Shown piece after piece: positions 40,128-52,721 of a stretch of 64,000 nt of DNA. Position 1 is the first letter of the stretch; every line of letters begins with the position of its first letter. Location: positions 6,723 to 70,722 of the forward strand of contig DXGH01000010.1 in assembly GCA_019114005.1 (NCBI GenBank), read 5' to 3'. The stretch is from Candidatus Acetatifactor stercoripullorum. GTDB taxonomy: Bacteria; Bacillota; Clostridia; Lachnospirales; Lachnospiraceae. Both the position numbers and the translations under genes were made by a program. The notes below the pieces were generated by a model. It worked only from the letters and a program-made list of their open reading frames with translations. It was not told the DNA's origin and did no database searches.

Positions 40128-40163
40128 ACCTCTGATTATATTAAATAATCAGAGGTTTTTCAA
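40128..40163 (-). promoter_or_regulatory. tuf promoter embedded in a perfect 12-bp inverted repeat
   Basis: TTGAAA (40163-40158) - N17 - TATAAT (40140-40135); arms ACCTCTGATTAT (40128-40139) and ATAATCAGAGGT (40145-40156). Confidence 0.75.
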
Positions 40164-40193
40164 GTTATTTTTCATATATTTGCCTGCTTTTAT

Positions 40194-42356
40194 TTACTTG
40201 CTTTTTGCAGCCAAAACCTTCTCCTGTACGTTCTTGGGCACGGGCTCATATTTCTCGAAGAACATGGAATAGTTGCCGCGTCCCTGGGTTCTGGAACGAA
40301 GGTCTGTGGAGTAGCCGAACATCTCAGCAAGGGGCACGAAAGCTCTCACCATCTTGCCGCCTCCGATGTCATCCATACCCTCCACGCGTCCACGGCGGGA
40401 GTTTAAGTCACCGATTACATCGCCCATATATTCCTCAGGCATGGTAACCTCAACCTTCATGATGGGCTCTAAAAGCACAGGATTTGCTTTCTGCATTGCC
40501 TCTTTAAATGCCATGGAACCTGCAATGTGGAACGCCATCTCAGAGGAGTCAACCTCGTGATAGGAACCGTCGTACACATTTGCATGAATGCCAAGCACGG
40601 GGAAGCCTCCCAGGATACCTGCGCGGGCAGCTTCCTGGATACCCTCGCCAACTGCAGGAATATATTCCTTGGGAATGGCACCACCCACAACAGTGGATTC
40701 AAACAACAGGGTAGGCGGATCGTTGATCAGCACATTGGCCTTGGGATCAAAGTCAAACTTCTCGCAGTTTGCCTCCAGGGGCTCAAATTTCACCTTACAA
40801 TGTCCATACTGTCCACGTCCTCCGGACTGCTTTGCATACTTGGAGTCTACCTCCACAGCCTTGGTAAAGGCCTCCTTATAAGCAACCTGGGGAGCGCCTA
40901 CGTTTGCCTCCACTTTAAATTCGCGAAGCAGACGGTCAACGATAATCTCCAGATGCAGCTCTCCCATACCAGCGATAATGGTCTGTCCAGTCTCCTGATT
41001 TGTATGGGCACGGAAAGTGGGGTCCTCCTCTGCAAGCTTTGCCAGAGCTTCACCCATCTTGCCCTGTCCTGCCTTTGTCTTAGGCTCAATAGCCAGCTCA
41101 ATAACAGGCTCAGGGAATTCCATGGACTCCAGAATCACGGGATGCTGGTCGTCGCAGATAGTATCGCCGGTGGTGGTAAACTTAAAGCCTACTGCCGCAG
41201 CAATGTCGCCGGAGTAAACCTTATCCAGCTCTGCCCGCTTATTTGCGTGCATCTGCAGGATACGTCCCACACGCTCCTTCTTGTCCTTTGTAGCGTTCAA
41301 AACGTAGGAACCGGAATTCATGGTTCCTGAATATACACGGAAGAATGCAAGCTTTCCAACAAAGGGGTCCGCCATGATCTTAAACGCCAGTGCGGAGAAA
41401 GGCTCCTCGTCGGAAGAATGTCTCTCCACCTCATTACCGTCTAAATCCACGCCCTTAATAGCCGGGATATCGGTCGGTGCAGGCATATACTCCAAAATAG
41501 CGTCCAGAAGCTTCTGTACGCCCTTGTTGCGGTATGCGGAACCACAGCATACAGGAATCGCGGCACACTCACAGGTGGCCTTGCGAAGCACTCTCTTCAA
41601 ATCTTCAACAGAAGGCTCCTCGCCCTCCAGATACTGCATCATCAGATCGTCATCCAGCTCGCAGATCTTCTCAATCAGCTCAGAGCGGTACAGCTCTGCG
41701 TCGTCCTTCATATCACCCAGATCATCGGTTACGGTAATGTCATCGCCCTTGTCATCATTGTAGATATATGCCTTCATTTCAAACAGGTCGATAATTCCCT
41801 TGAAGTCATCTTCTTTACCGATGGGCAGCTGAAGGATAATCGCATTTTTTCCAAGTCTGGTTCTGATCTGTTCCACTGCACCGTAGAAGTTTGCACCCAG
41901 AATGTCCATCTTATTGATGAAAGCCATACGAGGCACATTGTAGGTATCAGCCTGACGCCATACGTTCTCAGACTGTGGCTCAACACCGCCCTTTGCGCAG
42001 AACACGCCAACAGCTCCATCCAATACACGGAGAGAACGCTCTACTTCTACAGTGAAATCAACGTGGCCAGGAGTGTCAATAATATTGATACGGTGCTCCA
42101 GCGCGCCAGGCATGGGCTTGGTTTCTTTTTCCAGTGTCCAGTGGCAGGTGGTAGCAGCTGATGTGATGGTAATGCCTCTTTCCTGTTCCTGCTCCATCCA
42201 GTCCATGGTCGCAGTACCCTCATGAGTATCACCAATCTTGTAGTTAACGCCAGTATAATACAGAATACGCTCGGTCAATGTGGTCTTACCCGCATCGATA
42301 TGAGCCATAATACCGATATTTCTGGTTCTCTCTAAGGGATATTCTCTTCCAGCCAA
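40194..42356 (-). CDS. fusA: Elongation factor G
   Basis: [21 protein letters not shown]; 720 aa. Confidence 0.99.
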   Translation of the reverse strand: MAGREYPLERTRNIGIMAHIDAGKTTLTERILYYTGVNYKIGDTHEGTATMDWMEQEQERGITITSAATTCHWTLEKETKPMPGALEHRINIIDTPGHVDFTVEVERSLRVLDGAVGVFCAKGGVEPQSENVWRQADTYNVPRMAFINKMDILGANFYGAVEQIRTRLGKNAIILQLPIGKEDDFKGIIDLFEMKAYIYNDDKGDDITVTDDLGDMKDDAELYRSELIEKICELDDDLMMQYLEGEEPSVEDLKRVLRKATCECAAIPVCCGSAYRNKGVQKLLDAILEYMPAPTDIPAIKGVDLDGNEVERHSSDEEPFSALAFKIMADPFVGKLAFFRVYSGTMNSGSYVLNATKDKKERVGRILQMHANKRAELDKVYSGDIAAAVGFKFTTTGDTICDDQHPVILESMEFPEPVIELAIEPKTKAGQGKMGEALAKLAEEDPTFRAHTNQETGQTIIAGMGELHLEIIVDRLLREFKVEANVGAPQVAYKEAFTKAVEVDSKYAKQSGGRGQYGHCKVKFEPLEANCEKFDFDPKANVLINDPPTLLFESTVVGGAIPKEYIPAVGEGIQEAARAGILGGFPVLGIHANVYDGSYHEVDSSEMAFHIAGSMAFKEAMQKANPVLLEPIMKVEVTMPEEYMGDVIGDLNSRRGRVEGMDDIGGGKMVRAFVPLAEMFGYSTDLRSRTQGRGNYSMFFEKYEPVPKNVQEKVLAAKSK

Positions 42357-42400
42357 GATTTTTTCCTCCTATATTTTTAAAAAACCTGAAAATCTCCGCC

Positions 42401-42934
<534 letters not shown>

Positions 42935-43029
42935 TCACATGTGTTTCCCCAAGTGTTCGCGCTGTTATATCTGCATTACAGAATTCCAACACTTTTCTTA
43001 GTTTCGTTGTTGTGGTACTTCATCATACC

Positions 43030-43452
43030 TTATTTCTTAGCGTCCTTAGGTCTCTTAGCGCCGTACTTGGAACGAGCCTGCTTTCTGTTGGCAACACCTG
43101 CGGTATCAAGGGTACCACGAATGATGTGGTATCTGGTACCGGGAAGATCCTTAACACGGCCGCCGCGGATCAAAACAACGCTGTGCTCCTGCAGATTGTG
43201 GCCTTCGCCGGGAATGTAGCTGGTAACCTCGATTCCGTTGGAAAGACGTACTCTGGCAATCTTTCTAAGAGCTGAGTTAGGCTTTTTAGGAGTCGCTGTC
43301 TTAACGGCAGTACACACACCACGCTTTTGAGGAGCGGAAACATTCGTCGTCTTCTTGTGAAGGGAATTGTATCCTTTCTGCAGGGCAGGTGCGGTAGACT
43401 TCTTTACAGATGTCTGACGTCCTTTTCTTACTAACTGGTTAAATGTTGGCAT
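43030..43452 (-). CDS. rpsL: 30S ribosomal protein S12
   Basis: [20 protein letters not shown]. Confidence 0.99.
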   Translation of the reverse strand: MPTFNQLVRKGRQTSVKKSTAPALQKGYNSLHKKTTNVSAPQKRGVCTAVKTATPKKPNSALRKIARVRLSNGIEVTSYIPGEGHNLQEHSVVLIRGGRVKDLPGTRYHIIRGTLDTAGVANRKQARSKYGAKRPKDAKK

Positions 43453-43536
43453 TCTGTTTCACCTCTTTCTGATTGTAATATTGGTTTATTGTTTGCGGCA
43501 CACGAAAAAAGAATGCAGCCGCGTGCACACTATGAT

Positions 43537-43565
43537 AGTATACTTGTTTGAGAATATGTTGTCAA
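43537..43565 (-). promoter_or_regulatory. str operon (rpsL-rpsG-fusA-tuf) promoter
   Basis: TTGACA (43565-43560) - N17 - TATACT (43542-43537), A7 tract upstream. Confidence 0.85.
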
Positions 43566-43618
43566 CTGATTTTTTTCAGAAACCGCTCTAACTGATTTTT
43601 TTCAGAAACCGCTCTAAC
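43564..43618. repeat. Exact 26-bp tandem duplication
   Basis: AACTGATTTTTTTCAGAAACCGCTCT at 43564-43589 and 43590-43615. Confidence 0.95.
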
Positions 43619-44430
43619 GCATCCTGCCAGGAGGGCAGCCTTTCAAATCCGTTCTCCGTAAGCTTTTCCTTGCTCATACGGCTGTTATGGGGTCTGGGAG
43701 CCTTGGCACCATACTCTTTAGTAGAAACAGGGATCACATTGACCTGCACTTTGGCCTTTCTGAAAATCTCACAGGCAAATTCATACCAGGAGCACACGCC
43801 CTCATTGGTAGCGTGATAAACACCGTATTTTTCTGTCTGCACCATGTCCGCCAGCAGCTTTGCCAGATCATAGGTGTAGGTGGGTGACCCGAACTGATCG
43901 TTTACCACTCTTATGGTGTCATGGGTTTTGGCAAGATTCAGCATGGTTTTGATAAAATTCTTTCCGTTGACGCCAAACACCCAGGCAATACGCACGATAA
44001 AATACTTGTCCAAGGTGTTTTTCACAGCCAGCTCCCCTTCATACTTTGTCTGCCCGTACACGCTCTTGGGATCACAGGCATCCTCCGGCTCCCAGGGCCT
44101 TTCCCCTTCTCCGGAAAAAACATAGTCCGTACTGATATACAGCATTTTTATATCCAGCTCTTTGCATACATTAGCTATATTCTGGGTTCCCTCCGCATTG
44201 ACCCTGCGGCAGCTCTCCTCATTTTCCTGTGCTGCGTCCACCGCAGTATAAGCGGCGCAGTGAATCACTGCATCCGGCCCTGCTTCCTTGATCACCTTGT
44301 CCACGCTGGCCGCATCGGTGATATCCATCTGGTCGATGTCCACCCCCACGGCCTCAATGCCTCTTTCCGTAAGCTCGTTGACTACATCAAAGCCAAGCTG
44401 GCCCTTTACGCCGGTTACCAAAACCTTCAT
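43588..44430 (-). CDS. rfbD: dTDP-4-dehydrorhamnose reductase
   Basis: LVTGVKGQLG, HCAAYTAVD, ISTDYVF, YGQTKYEGE, DQFGSPTY. Confidence 0.96.
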   Translation of the reverse strand: MKVLVTGVKGQLGFDVVNELTERGIEAVGVDIDQMDITDAASVDKVIKEAGPDAVIHCAAYTAVDAAQENEESCRRVNAEGTQNIANVCKELDIKMLYISTDYVFSGEGERPWEPEDACDPKSVYGQTKYEGELAVKNTLDKYFIVRIAWVFGVNGKNFIKTMLNLAKTHDTIRVVNDQFGSPTYTYDLAKLLADMVQTEKYGVYHATNEGVCSWYEFACEIFRKAKVQVNVIPVSTKEYGAKAPRPHNSRMSKEKLTENGFERLPSWQDALERFLKKIS

Positions 44431-44461
44431 CCTGGTCTACCTTCCTTTCCCATAAGGCAAC

Positions 44462-44495
44462 ACTGCGGCAGTGTTTCTAACCTCCTGCCGCAGCG
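44462..44495 (-). terminator. GC-rich hairpin after rpoC, no clear U-tract
   Basis: GCTGCGGCAG...CTGCCGCAGT. Confidence 0.55.
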
Positions 44496-44517
44496 TTTCT
44501 CATTTTTTGTTTCCCTA

Positions 44518-47500
44518 TTAAAGATTTTCAAGTGTGGACTCCAAAACAGCGTCCTCTGCCTCCGCAGTCTCATACTCATCCAGATCGGAAGGCTCCTGAT
44601 TTAAGTCCAGACCATCGTCAAAGTTTAAGGTCTCCTCTTCCTCCGACAGATTTTCGTCAAACAAAATGGTATCTGTCTCGTCTGTGCTGAGTCTTGTATT
44701 GCGATATCGCTTCATGCCGGTTCCCGCCGGAATCAGTTTACCGATAATCACATTTTCCTTTAATCCAATCAACGGGTCTACCTTGCCCTTAATTGCTGCT
44801 TCTGTCAGCACCTTTGTGGTCTCCTGGAAGGAAGCGGCAGACAGGAAGGAGTTAGTGGCAAGCGCCGCCTTTGTGATACCCAGCATCACCTGCTTTCCTT
44901 CCGCAGGCTCCTTGCCCTGTGCAATCAGCTCCTCGTTCATATCCTCAAACTCCAGCACATCCACCAGGGTTCCGGGGAGGAAATCCGTGTCGCCGTTGCT
45001 TTCCACACGGATCTTCTTTAACATCTGACGCACAATCACTTCAATATGCTTGTCAGCGATATCAACGCCCTGGAGACGGTAAACTCTCTGCACCTCTCTG
45101 AGCATATAGTCCTGAACTGCGCGGATTCCTTTGATTTTCAGCAAATCATGAGGGTTTACGCTTCCTTCGGTAAGCTCGTCACCTGCCTCCAGCACCTGGC
45201 CGTCCACAATCTTAATCCGGGAGCCATAAGGGATCAGATATGCCTTGGTCTCTCCCGTCTCTTCGTTTGTAATCACGACCTCGCGCTTTTTCTTGGTATC
45301 CCGGATTTCAGCCTTTCCGCCAAACTCTGCAATAATGGCAAGTCCCTTGGGCTTTCTGGCCTCGAAAAGCTCCTCCACGCGGGGAAGACCCTGAGTGATA
45401 TCGTCTCCGGCCACGCCTCCGGTGTGGAAGGTTCTCATAGTCAGCTGGGTACCGGGCTCTCCGATGGACTGGGCCGCAATAATACCTACAGCCTCACCCA
45501 CCTGCACTGCCTCTCCGGTGGCCATGTTTGCACCGTAGCACTTCGCGCAGATACCGTTGCGGGAACGGCAGTTCAATATGGTACGAATCTTGACTGCCTC
45601 CACAGGCTCTCCCTTTTCATCCACACCCACGCTCAATATCTTTGCAGCGCGGCTGGGGGTGATCATATGGTTGCGCTTCACGATCACATTGCCGTCTCTA
45701 TCCTTAATCTCCTCACAGGAATATCTTCCGGTAATTCTGTCCTTCAGGCTTTCGATGGTCTCTTTCCCATCCATGAAGGCCTTCACCACCATGCCCGGAA
45801 TCTCCGCCTTTCCTTCCGCACAGTCAACCTCACGGATAATCAGCTCCTGAGATACGTCAACCATACGTCTGGTCAGATAACCGGAGTCAGCGGTACGAAG
45901 AGCCGTGTCGGACAGACCCTTGCGGGCGCCGTGAGCCGACATGAAGTACTCCAGTACGTCCAATCCCTCACGGAAATTGGATTTGATGGGAAGCTCAATG
46001 GTCCGTCCCGTAGTATCTGCCATCAGACCGCGCATGCCTGCCAGCTGCTTGATCTGCTGGTTGGAACCACGGGCACCGGAGTCCGCCATCATAAAGATAT
46101 TATTATATTTATCCAGACCGGACAAAAGAACCTCTGTCAGCTCTTTATCCGTCTCATTCCAGGTTTCCACCACCGCACGGTATCTCTCCTCCTCGGTGAT
46201 CAGGCCCCTTCTGTAGTTTGCAGAAATCTTGTCAACCGTGGCCTGGGCAGCCGCCAGCATTTCAGGCTTCTTCTCAGGGACCGTCATATCAGAAATGGAA
46301 ACGGTCATAGCCGCCTTGGTTGAGTACTTGTAGCCAATGGCCTTCACGTCGTCCAGAACCTCTGCAGTCTTGGAAGCGCCATGGGTGTTGATGACCTTCT
46401 CCAGAATCTGCTTCAGGCCCTTCTTTCCCACATGAAAATCCACTTCCAGCTTCAGGAAGTTCTCCGGAATGCTCCGGTCTACAAATCCCAGATCCTGGGG
46501 CAGTATCTCATTAAAGATAAAGCGTCCCAGAGTGGATTCCACGTTGCCCGTCACCGTCTCCCCGGCGGCATTTACCTTGGAAACACGCACCTTGATTCTG
46601 GAGTGCAGTGTAAGAGCCTGATTTTCATAGGCCAGAATGGCCTCATTCACATTTCTAAAGCTCTTTCCTTCTCCCAGGGCTCCAGGTCTCTCCTGCGTCA
46701 GATAGTAGATTCCCAAAACCATATCCTGAGAAGGAACGGCAACGGGGCCGCCGTCCGAGGGCTTTAACAGGTTGTTGGGAGACAAAAGCAGGAAACGGCA
46801 CTCCGCCTGAGCCTCCACGGACAAGGGAAGATGTACTGCCATCTGGTCTCCGTCAAAGTCTGCGTTAAACGCAGTACACACCAAAGGATGCAGCTTGATT
46901 GCCTTACCCTCTACCAAAATGGGCTCAAAAGCCTGTATACCAAGTCTGTGCAGAGTAGGAGCACGGTTAAGCATCACGGGATGCTCCTTGATCACCTCCT
47001 CCAGCACATCCCAAACCTGGGTGTCAAGTCTTTCCACCAGCTTCTTTGCATTTTTAATATTCTGGCTGATGCCTCTGGCAACCAGCTCCTTCATCACAAA
47101 GGGCTTGAACAGCTCGATGGCCATCTCCTTGGGAAGGCCGCACTGGTAAATCTTAAGCTCCGGCCCTACCACGATAACGGAACGTCCGGAGTAGTCCACA
47201 CGCTTTCCTAACAGGTTCTGGCGGAACCGTCCGGATTTTCCCTTTAACATATCAGAAAGGGATTTTAACGCCCTGTTGCCCGGTCCCGTAACGGGGCGTC
47301 CTCTTCTGCCGTTGTCAATCAGGGCGTCCACTGCCTCCTGAAGCATTCTCTTCTCATTGCGCACGATAATATCAGGCGCGCCCAGCTCCAAAAGCCTCTT
47401 CAGACGATTATTTCTGTTGATAATTCTTCGATACAGATCATTCAAATCGGATGTGGCAAACCGTCCGCCATCCAGCTGTACCATAGGGCGGATATCGGGG

Positions 47501-48228
47501 GGAATCACCGGAATCACATCCATGATCATCCACTCCGGCTTATTTCCCGAGCCGCGGAAGGCCTCCACTACCTCAAGGCGCTTTATGATTCTGGCCCGCT
47601 TCTGACCGGAGGACTCTCTCAGTCCCGTCTTTAATTCCGCCGCTTCCGCCTCAAGGTCGATGGCCTGCAGAAGCTCCTTGATAGCCTCCGCTCCCATGCC
47701 TACACGGAATTTATTGCCCCAGGTCTCCCTTGCGTCCTGATATTCCTTCTCCGACAGCACCTGCTTGTACTCCAGATTGGATTCTCCGGCGTCCAAAACG
47801 ATGTAGGATGCGAAATACAAAACCTTCTCCAGCACTCTGGGGGACAGATCCAGAATCAGTCCCATGCGGCTGGGAATCCCCTTGAAATACCAGATATGGG
47901 ATACGGGAGCCGCAAGCTCGATGTGGCCCATTCTCTCTCTGCGGACACTGGACTTGGTCACCTCAACGCCGCAGCGGTCACAGACAACGCCCTTGTATCT
48001 GATTTTTTTATACTTGCCACAGTGGCACTCCCAGTCCTTGCTGGGTCCGAAAATCCTCTCGCAGAACAGACCATCCCGCTCAGGCTTTAAGGTTCTGTAA
48101 TTTATGGTTTCCGGCTTCAGCACCTCGCCATGGGACCACTCACGGATTTTGTCCGGTGAGGCCAAGCCGATTTTTATGGCATCGAATGTCATGGGCTGAT
48201 AGGTAGATTCATTCTTTGTTTCTGGCAT
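44518..48228 (-). CDS. rpoC: RNA polymerase beta' subunit
   Basis: [26 protein letters not shown]; start could be 48237. Confidence 0.99.
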   Translation of the reverse strand: MPETKNESTYQPMTFDAIKIGLASPDKIREWSHGEVLKPETINYRTLKPERDGLFCERIFGPSKDWECHCGKYKKIRYKGVVCDRCGVEVTKSSVRRERMGHIELAAPVSHIWYFKGIPSRMGLILDLSPRVLEKVLYFASYIVLDAGESNLEYKQVLSEKEYQDARETWGNKFRVGMGAEAIKELLQAIDLEAEAAELKTGLRESSGQKRARIIKRLEVVEAFRGSGNKPEWMIMDVIPVIPPDIRPMVQLDGGRFATSDLNDLYRRIINRNNRLKRLLELGAPDIIVRNEKRMLQEAVDALIDNGRRGRPVTGPGNRALKSLSDMLKGKSGRFRQNLLGKRVDYSGRSVIVVGPELKIYQCGLPKEMAIELFKPFVMKELVARGISQNIKNAKKLVERLDTQVWDVLEEVIKEHPVMLNRAPTLHRLGIQAFEPILVEGKAIKLHPLVCTAFNADFDGDQMAVHLPLSVEAQAECRFLLLSPNNLLKPSDGGPVAVPSQDMVLGIYYLTQERPGALGEGKSFRNVNEAILAYENQALTLHSRIKVRVSKVNAAGETVTGNVESTLGRFIFNEILPQDLGFVDRSIPENFLKLEVDFHVGKKGLKQILEKVINTHGASKTAEVLDDVKAIGYKYSTKAAMTVSISDMTVPEKKPEMLAAAQATVDKISANYRRGLITEEERYRAVVETWNETDKELTEVLLSGLDKYNNIFMMADSGARGSNQQIKQLAGMRGLMADTTGRTIELPIKSNFREGLDVLEYFMSAHGARKGLSDTALRTADSGYLTRRMVDVSQELIIREVDCAEGKAEIPGMVVKAFMDGKETIESLKDRITGRYSCEEIKDRDGNVIVKRNHMITPSRAAKILSVGVDEKGEPVEAVKIRTILNCRSRNGICAKCYGANMATGEAVQVGEAVGIIAAQSIGEPGTQLTMRTFHTGGVAGDDITQGLPRVEELFEARKPKGLAIIAEFGGKAEIRDTKKKREVVITNEETGETKAYLIPYGSRIKIVDGQVLEAGDELTEGSVNPHDLLKIKGIRAVQDYMLREVQRVYRLQGVDIADKHIEVIVRQMLKKIRVESNGDTDFLPGTLVDVLEFEDMNEELIAQGKEPAEGKQVMLGITKAALATNSFLSAASFQETTKVLTEAAIKGKVDPLIGLKENVIIGKLIPAGTGMKRYRNTRLSTDETDTILFDENLSEEEETLNFDDGLDLNQEPSDLDEYETAEAEDAVLESTLENL

Positions 48229-48249
48229 TAATGGCACTCCCTTCTGATT

Positions 48250-51200
48250 TTAAAATTCGTCCTCATCGCCTGCAAAGCTGTCGTCCTCGTAGACTTCTTC
48301 AAAATCATCCTCGTCAGCATTTACAAGCTCTCCGCTCTCTTCGTCGAACTCCTGCGCCTGATAACCCATCTCGCCCAGGGAGCCGTTATCATAATCATCA
48401 TATTTGCGGTCACCTTCCATCTCATAACGGTAATCCGTATCACCGTAATCAATGGTTTCCATAATTTCAACCTCGGTCTGGTCCTCTCGGAGCACTCTCA
48501 CATCCAAGCCCAATGCCTGCAGCTCCTTCAAAAGCACCTTAAAGGACTCGGGAATGCCGGGCTCCGGAATATTATCGCCCTTGATGATGGCCTCATAGGT
48601 CTTTACACGGCCCACCACATCATCGGACTTCACCGTCAAAATTTCCTGCAAGGTGTAGGACGCACCGTAGGCCTCCAGGGCCCAAACCTCCATCTCTCCG
48701 AAACGCTGGCCGCCAAACTGGGCTTTTCCTCCCAGAGGCTGCTGGGTCACAAGGGAGTACGGTCCCGTAGAACGGGCGTGAATCTTATCATCCACCAGAT
48801 GATGCAGCTTTAAGTAGTGCATATGACCTATGGTTACAGGGCTGTCGAAGTATTCTCCCGTACGTCCGTCCCGCAGGCGCACCTTTCCGTCTCTGGAAAT
48901 AGGCACTCCCTTCCAAAGCTTTCTATGCTCCCTGTTGTCATACAGATACTGCATTACCTCAGGCAGAAGCTCTTCTTTATGCTTTGCCTCAAATTCTTCC
49001 CACTCCAGATTTACATAATCATTTGCCAAATCCAGAGTGTCCATGATGTCATTCTCGTTTGCGCCGTCAAATACCGGTGTGGCAACGTTAAAGCCCAGTG
49101 CCTTTGCCGCAAGAGAAAGGTGAATCTCCAGCACCTGTCCGATGTTCATACGGGAAGGCACACCCAAAGGATTCAGCACGATATCCAGGGGACGGCCATT
49201 GGGCAGATAGGGCATATCCTCCACGGGAAGCACACGGGAAACCACACCCTTGTTGCCGTGACGGCCTGCCATCTTATCGCCCACGGAAATCTTTCTCTTC
49301 TGTGCAATATAAATACGAACCGACTGGTTTACACCGGGGGACAATTCATCGCTGTTTTCTCTGGTGAACACCTTGGCGTCCACCACAATGCCGTACTCGC
49401 CGTGAGGCACCTTTAAGGAGGTATCCCTCACCTCTCTGGCCTTCTCGCCAAAGATCGCCCGAAGCAGTCTCTCCTCTGCGGTAAGCTCCGTCTCGCCCTT
49501 AGGCGTCACCTTGCCCACCAGGATATCTCCAGCACGGACCTCCGCTCCAATACGGATAATGCCTCTGTCGTCCAGATCCTTCAGGGCGTCGTCACCCACG
49601 CCGGGCACATCCCGGGTAATCTCCTCGGGTCCCAGCTTGGTGTCTCTGGCTTCCGCCTCATATTCCTCAATGTGGACGGAGGTATATACATCCTCCTGCA
49701 CAAGTCTCTCACTTAAAAGAACCGCGTCCTCGTAGTTATAGCCCTCCCAGGTCATGAAACCGATCAGCGGATTCTTGCCAAGAGCAAGCTCTCCCATGGA
49801 GGTGGAGGGACCGTCCGCAATCACCTGTCCCGCTTCCACATGATCACCCTTGCACACAATAGGCTTTTGGTTGTAGCAGTTGGACTGATTGCTTCTGGAA
49901 AACTTGGTCAGATGGAACTCTGCCTTTTCCCCATCGTCACAGGTCATTCTGATCAGATTGGAGGAAACATAATCCACCGTGCCCGCCTTGGGAGCAACCA
50001 CACAGACTCCTGAGTCCACAGCTGCCTTCACTTCCATTCCCGTGCCTACCACAGGCGCTTCCGTGGTCAGAAGGGGCACCGCCTGGCGCTGCATGTTGGA
50101 GCCCATCAGCGCACGGTTTGCATCGTCATTCTCCAGAAAGGGAATCAATGCGGTAGCCACAGAAAATACCATCTTAGGGGACACATCCATATAATCGAAC
50201 ATTGCCTTGGGGTATTCCTGGGTTTCCTCTCTGTAACGGCCGGAAACGGTATTCCGCACAAAATGCCCGTCCGCATCCAGAGCTTCGTTTGCCTGTGCCA
50301 CATGATAATTGTCCTCTTCATCGGCAGTCATGTAGACAACCTCTTCCGTTACCCTGGGATTTGCCGGGTCTGATTTGTCAATTTTACGATAAGGCGCCTC
50401 CACAAAGCCATACTCGTTGATACGGGCATAGCTTGCCAGGGAGTTGATCAGACCGATATTAGGTCCCTCAGGCGTCTCAATGGGGCACATTCTTCCATAG
50501 TGGGAATAATGCACGTCCCGGACCTCAAATCCTGCCCTGTCTCTGGACAAACCGCCGGGGCCTAACGCCGACAGACGCCTCTTGTGGGTCAGCTCACCCA
50601 GAGGATTGTTCTGATCCATAAACTGTGACAGCTGGGAGGAACCAAAGAATTCCTTCACCGCAGCGGTGACAGGCTTAATATTAATCAAAGACTGGGGCGA
50701 AATGTCCTCAGCGTCGTGGGTTGTCATACGCTCTCTGACAACTCTCTCCATTCTGGAAAGACCGATTCTGTACTGATTCTGCAGAAGCTCGCCCACAGCA
50801 CGGATACGTCTGTTGCCCAGGTGGTCGATATCGTCGTCATTGCCCAGGCCATATTCCAGGTGCATGTTATAATTGATGGAAGCAATGATATCTTCCTTTG
50901 TGATATGCTTAGGCACAAGCTCATGCACGTTCTTTTTGATAGCCTCCGCCAGCTTCTCGGCGTCGTCTCCAAATTCCTCAATAATCTGTGCCAGAACGGG
51001 ATAATAAACCCGCTCATGAATCCCAAAATCCTTGGGATTGCAGTCTACAAAGCTTGTGATGTCAACCATCATATTGGAGAGAACCTTTACGTTTCTTTCC
51101 TCGGTCTGCACATAAACAAAGGGAACAGCCGCATTCTGGATGGTGTCAGCCAGCTCCGCACTCACCTTATCTCCCGCAGAAGCAAGAACCTCTCCTGTGG

Positions 51201-52104
51201 AAGGATCCACCACATCTGCTGCCAGAACCTGATTCCTGATCCGGTTTTTCAAGGCCAGCTTTTTATTGAATTTATATCTTCCCACCTTGGCCAGATCGTA
51301 TCTGCGGGGGTCAAAGAACATAGCGTTGATGAGACTTTCCGCACTTTCTACGCTCAAAGGCTCTCCGGGACGGATTTTTTTGTATAACTCTAACAGACCC
51401 TCCTGATAATTCTCAGCAGTGTCCTTTGCAAAGCTTGCTTCAATCTTGGGCTCGTCGCCGAATACCTCTCTGATCTCGTCGTTGGTTCCAATTCCCAGCG
51501 CTCTGATCAGCACAGTGATAGGCACCTTACGGGTCCTGTCCACTCTTACATAAAAAACGTCATTGGAATCCGTTTCATATTCCAGCCACGCGCCACGGTT
51601 GGGGATTACAGTACAGGAAAAAAGTCTTTTCCCGATCTTGTCATGCCCGATGGCATAGTAAATACCGGGGGAACGAACCAGCTGGCTTACAATGACACGC
51701 TCTGCGCCATTGATGATAAAGGTACCGGTGTCTGTCATCAAAGGAAGATCGCCCATAAAAATTTCATGCTCGCTGATTTCCTCTTTCTCCTTGTTGTAGA
51801 GGCGAACCCTGACCTTCAGGGGAGCGGCATAATTTGCATCTCTTTCCTTGCATTCCTCAATAGAATATTTTACATCGTTCCTGCACAGTTCAAAATCTAC
51901 AAATTCCAAACTCAAAGAGCCGCTGTAATCGGCAATGGGAGAGATGTCGTCGAAAACTTCCTTCAAGCCTTCGTCTAAAAACCACTGATAGGAATCCTTC
52001 TGGACTTCGATCAGGTTGGGCATCTCCAAAACCTCTTTTTGTCTTGAATAACTCATACGCATAACCCGGTTGCCGGCAATCGGACGTATTCTGTTTTTTT
52101 CCAT
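48250..52104 (-). CDS. rpoB: RNA polymerase beta subunit
   Basis: SQLSQFMDQ...[32 protein letters not shown]. Confidence 0.99.
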   Translation of the reverse strand: MEKNRIRPIAGNRVMRMSYSRQKEVLEMPNLIEVQKDSYQWFLDEGLKEVFDDISPIADYSGSLSLEFVDFELCRNDVKYSIEECKERDANYAAPLKVRVRLYNKEKEEISEHEIFMGDLPLMTDTGTFIINGAERVIVSQLVRSPGIYYAIGHDKIGKRLFSCTVIPNRGAWLEYETDSNDVFYVRVDRTRKVPITVLIRALGIGTNDEIREVFGDEPKIEASFAKDTAENYQEGLLELYKKIRPGEPLSVESAESLINAMFFDPRRYDLAKVGRYKFNKKLALKNRIRNQVLAADVVDPSTGEVLASAGDKVSAELADTIQNAAVPFVYVQTEERNVKVLSNMMVDITSFVDCNPKDFGIHERVYYPVLAQIIEEFGDDAEKLAEAIKKNVHELVPKHITKEDIIASINYNMHLEYGLGNDDDIDHLGNRRIRAVGELLQNQYRIGLSRMERVVRERMTTHDAEDISPQSLINIKPVTAAVKEFFGSSQLSQFMDQNNPLGELTHKRRLSALGPGGLSRDRAGFEVRDVHYSHYGRMCPIETPEGPNIGLINSLASYARINEYGFVEAPYRKIDKSDPANPRVTEEVVYMTADEEDNYHVAQANEALDADGHFVRNTVSGRYREETQEYPKAMFDYMDVSPKMVFSVATALIPFLENDDANRALMGSNMQRQAVPLLTTEAPVVGTGMEVKAAVDSGVCVVAPKAGTVDYVSSNLIRMTCDDGEKAEFHLTKFSRSNQSNCYNQKPIVCKGDHVEAGQVIADGPSTSMGELALGKNPLIGFMTWEGYNYEDAVLLSERLVQEDVYTSVHIEEYEAEARDTKLGPEEITRDVPGVGDDALKDLDDRGIIRIGAEVRAGDILVGKVTPKGETELTAEERLLRAIFGEKAREVRDTSLKVPHGEYGIVVDAKVFTRENSDELSPGVNQSVRIYIAQKRKISVGDKMAGRHGNKGVVSRVLPVEDMPYLPNGRPLDIVLNPLGVPSRMNIGQVLEIHLSLAAKALGFNVATPVFDGANENDIMDTLDLANDYVNLEWEEFEAKHKEELLPEVMQYLYDNREHRKLWKGVPISRDGKVRLRDGRTGEYFDSPVTIGHMHYLKLHHLVDDKIHARSTGPYSLVTQQPLGGKAQFGGQRFGEMEVWALEAYGASYTLQEILTVKSDDVVGRVKTYEAIIKGDNIPEPGIPESFKVLLKELQALGLDVRVLREDQTEVEIMETIDYGDTDYRYEMEGDRKYDDYDNGSLGEMGYQAQEFDEESGELVNADEDDFEEVYEDDSFAGDEDEF

Positions 52105-52160
52105 TGACATTCACCCCGTTCTTTCTGATAAGCATAGCACCGCACAATAGTGCACCATCC

Positions 52161-52189
52161 ATACTAACACAAAACAAAAACTGGGTCAA
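52161..52189 (-). promoter_or_regulatory. rpoBC promoter
   Basis: TTGACC - N17 - TAGTAT with extended TG. Confidence 0.7.
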
Positions 52190-52202
52190 GGAAAATTTTT
52201 GA

Positions 52203-52263
52203 AATAAATATAACAAAAAGCAGTTTCCACGCTTTTGAGAAACTGCTTTTTGTTATATTTATT
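52203..52263. terminator. rplL terminator: perfect 25-bp inverted repeat
   Basis: AATAAATATAACAAAAAGCAGTTTC (52203-52227) / GAAACTGCTTTTTGTTATATTTATT (52239-52263), 11-nt loop. Confidence 0.85.
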
Positions 52264-52284
52264 ATTACCTTGATGGCAGACCGA

Positions 52285-52659
52285 TTACTTAAGGGTAACC
52301 TTAGCACCAACTTCCTCAAGCTTCTTCTTGATCTCCTCAGCCTCTTCCTTGGTTGCTGCTTCCTTCAATACCTTGGGAGCGCTGTCTACCAGATCCTTTG
52401 CCTCCTTCAGGCCAAGTCCGGTTGCTTCACGAACAACCTTGATAACCTTAACCTTCTCGGAGCCGATCTCGGTCAGCTCTACGTCAAACTCGGTCTTCTC
52501 CTCTGCCGCCTCAGCAGGGCCTGCTGCAGCTGCAACTACCACGCCTGCTGCTGCAGATACGCCGAATTCCTCCTCGCAAGCCTTTACAAGATCATTCAAT
52601 TCCAATACGGACAACTCTTTGATCGCATCAATCAGTTCCTGCGCTGTTAATTTAGCCAT
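52285..52659 (-). CDS. rplL: 50S ribosomal protein L7/L12
   Basis: [34 protein letters not shown]. Confidence 0.99.
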   Translation of the reverse strand: MAKLTAQELIDAIKELSVLELNDLVKACEEEFGVSAAAGVVVAAAAGPAEAAEEKTEFDVELTEIGSEKVKVIKVVREATGLGLKEAKDLVDSAPKVLKEAATKEEAEEIKKKLEEVGAKVTLK

Positions 52660-52721
52660 TTTCATTTCCTCCATTTTATTTAATCTCTGTTTGTTTTACT
52701 TGGTTCTTCTTTCAAATCGCA

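Noticed and set aside
43030-43452. Streptomycin-resistance substitutions in rpsL
   Set aside because: TPKKPNS and RVKDLPG are wild type
50560-50645. rpoB rifampicin region has Gly at the E. coli S522-equivalent position
   Set aside because: This position varies naturally (Ala in B. subtilis); Q513, D516, H526 and S531 equivalents are wild type, so there is no evidence of resistance
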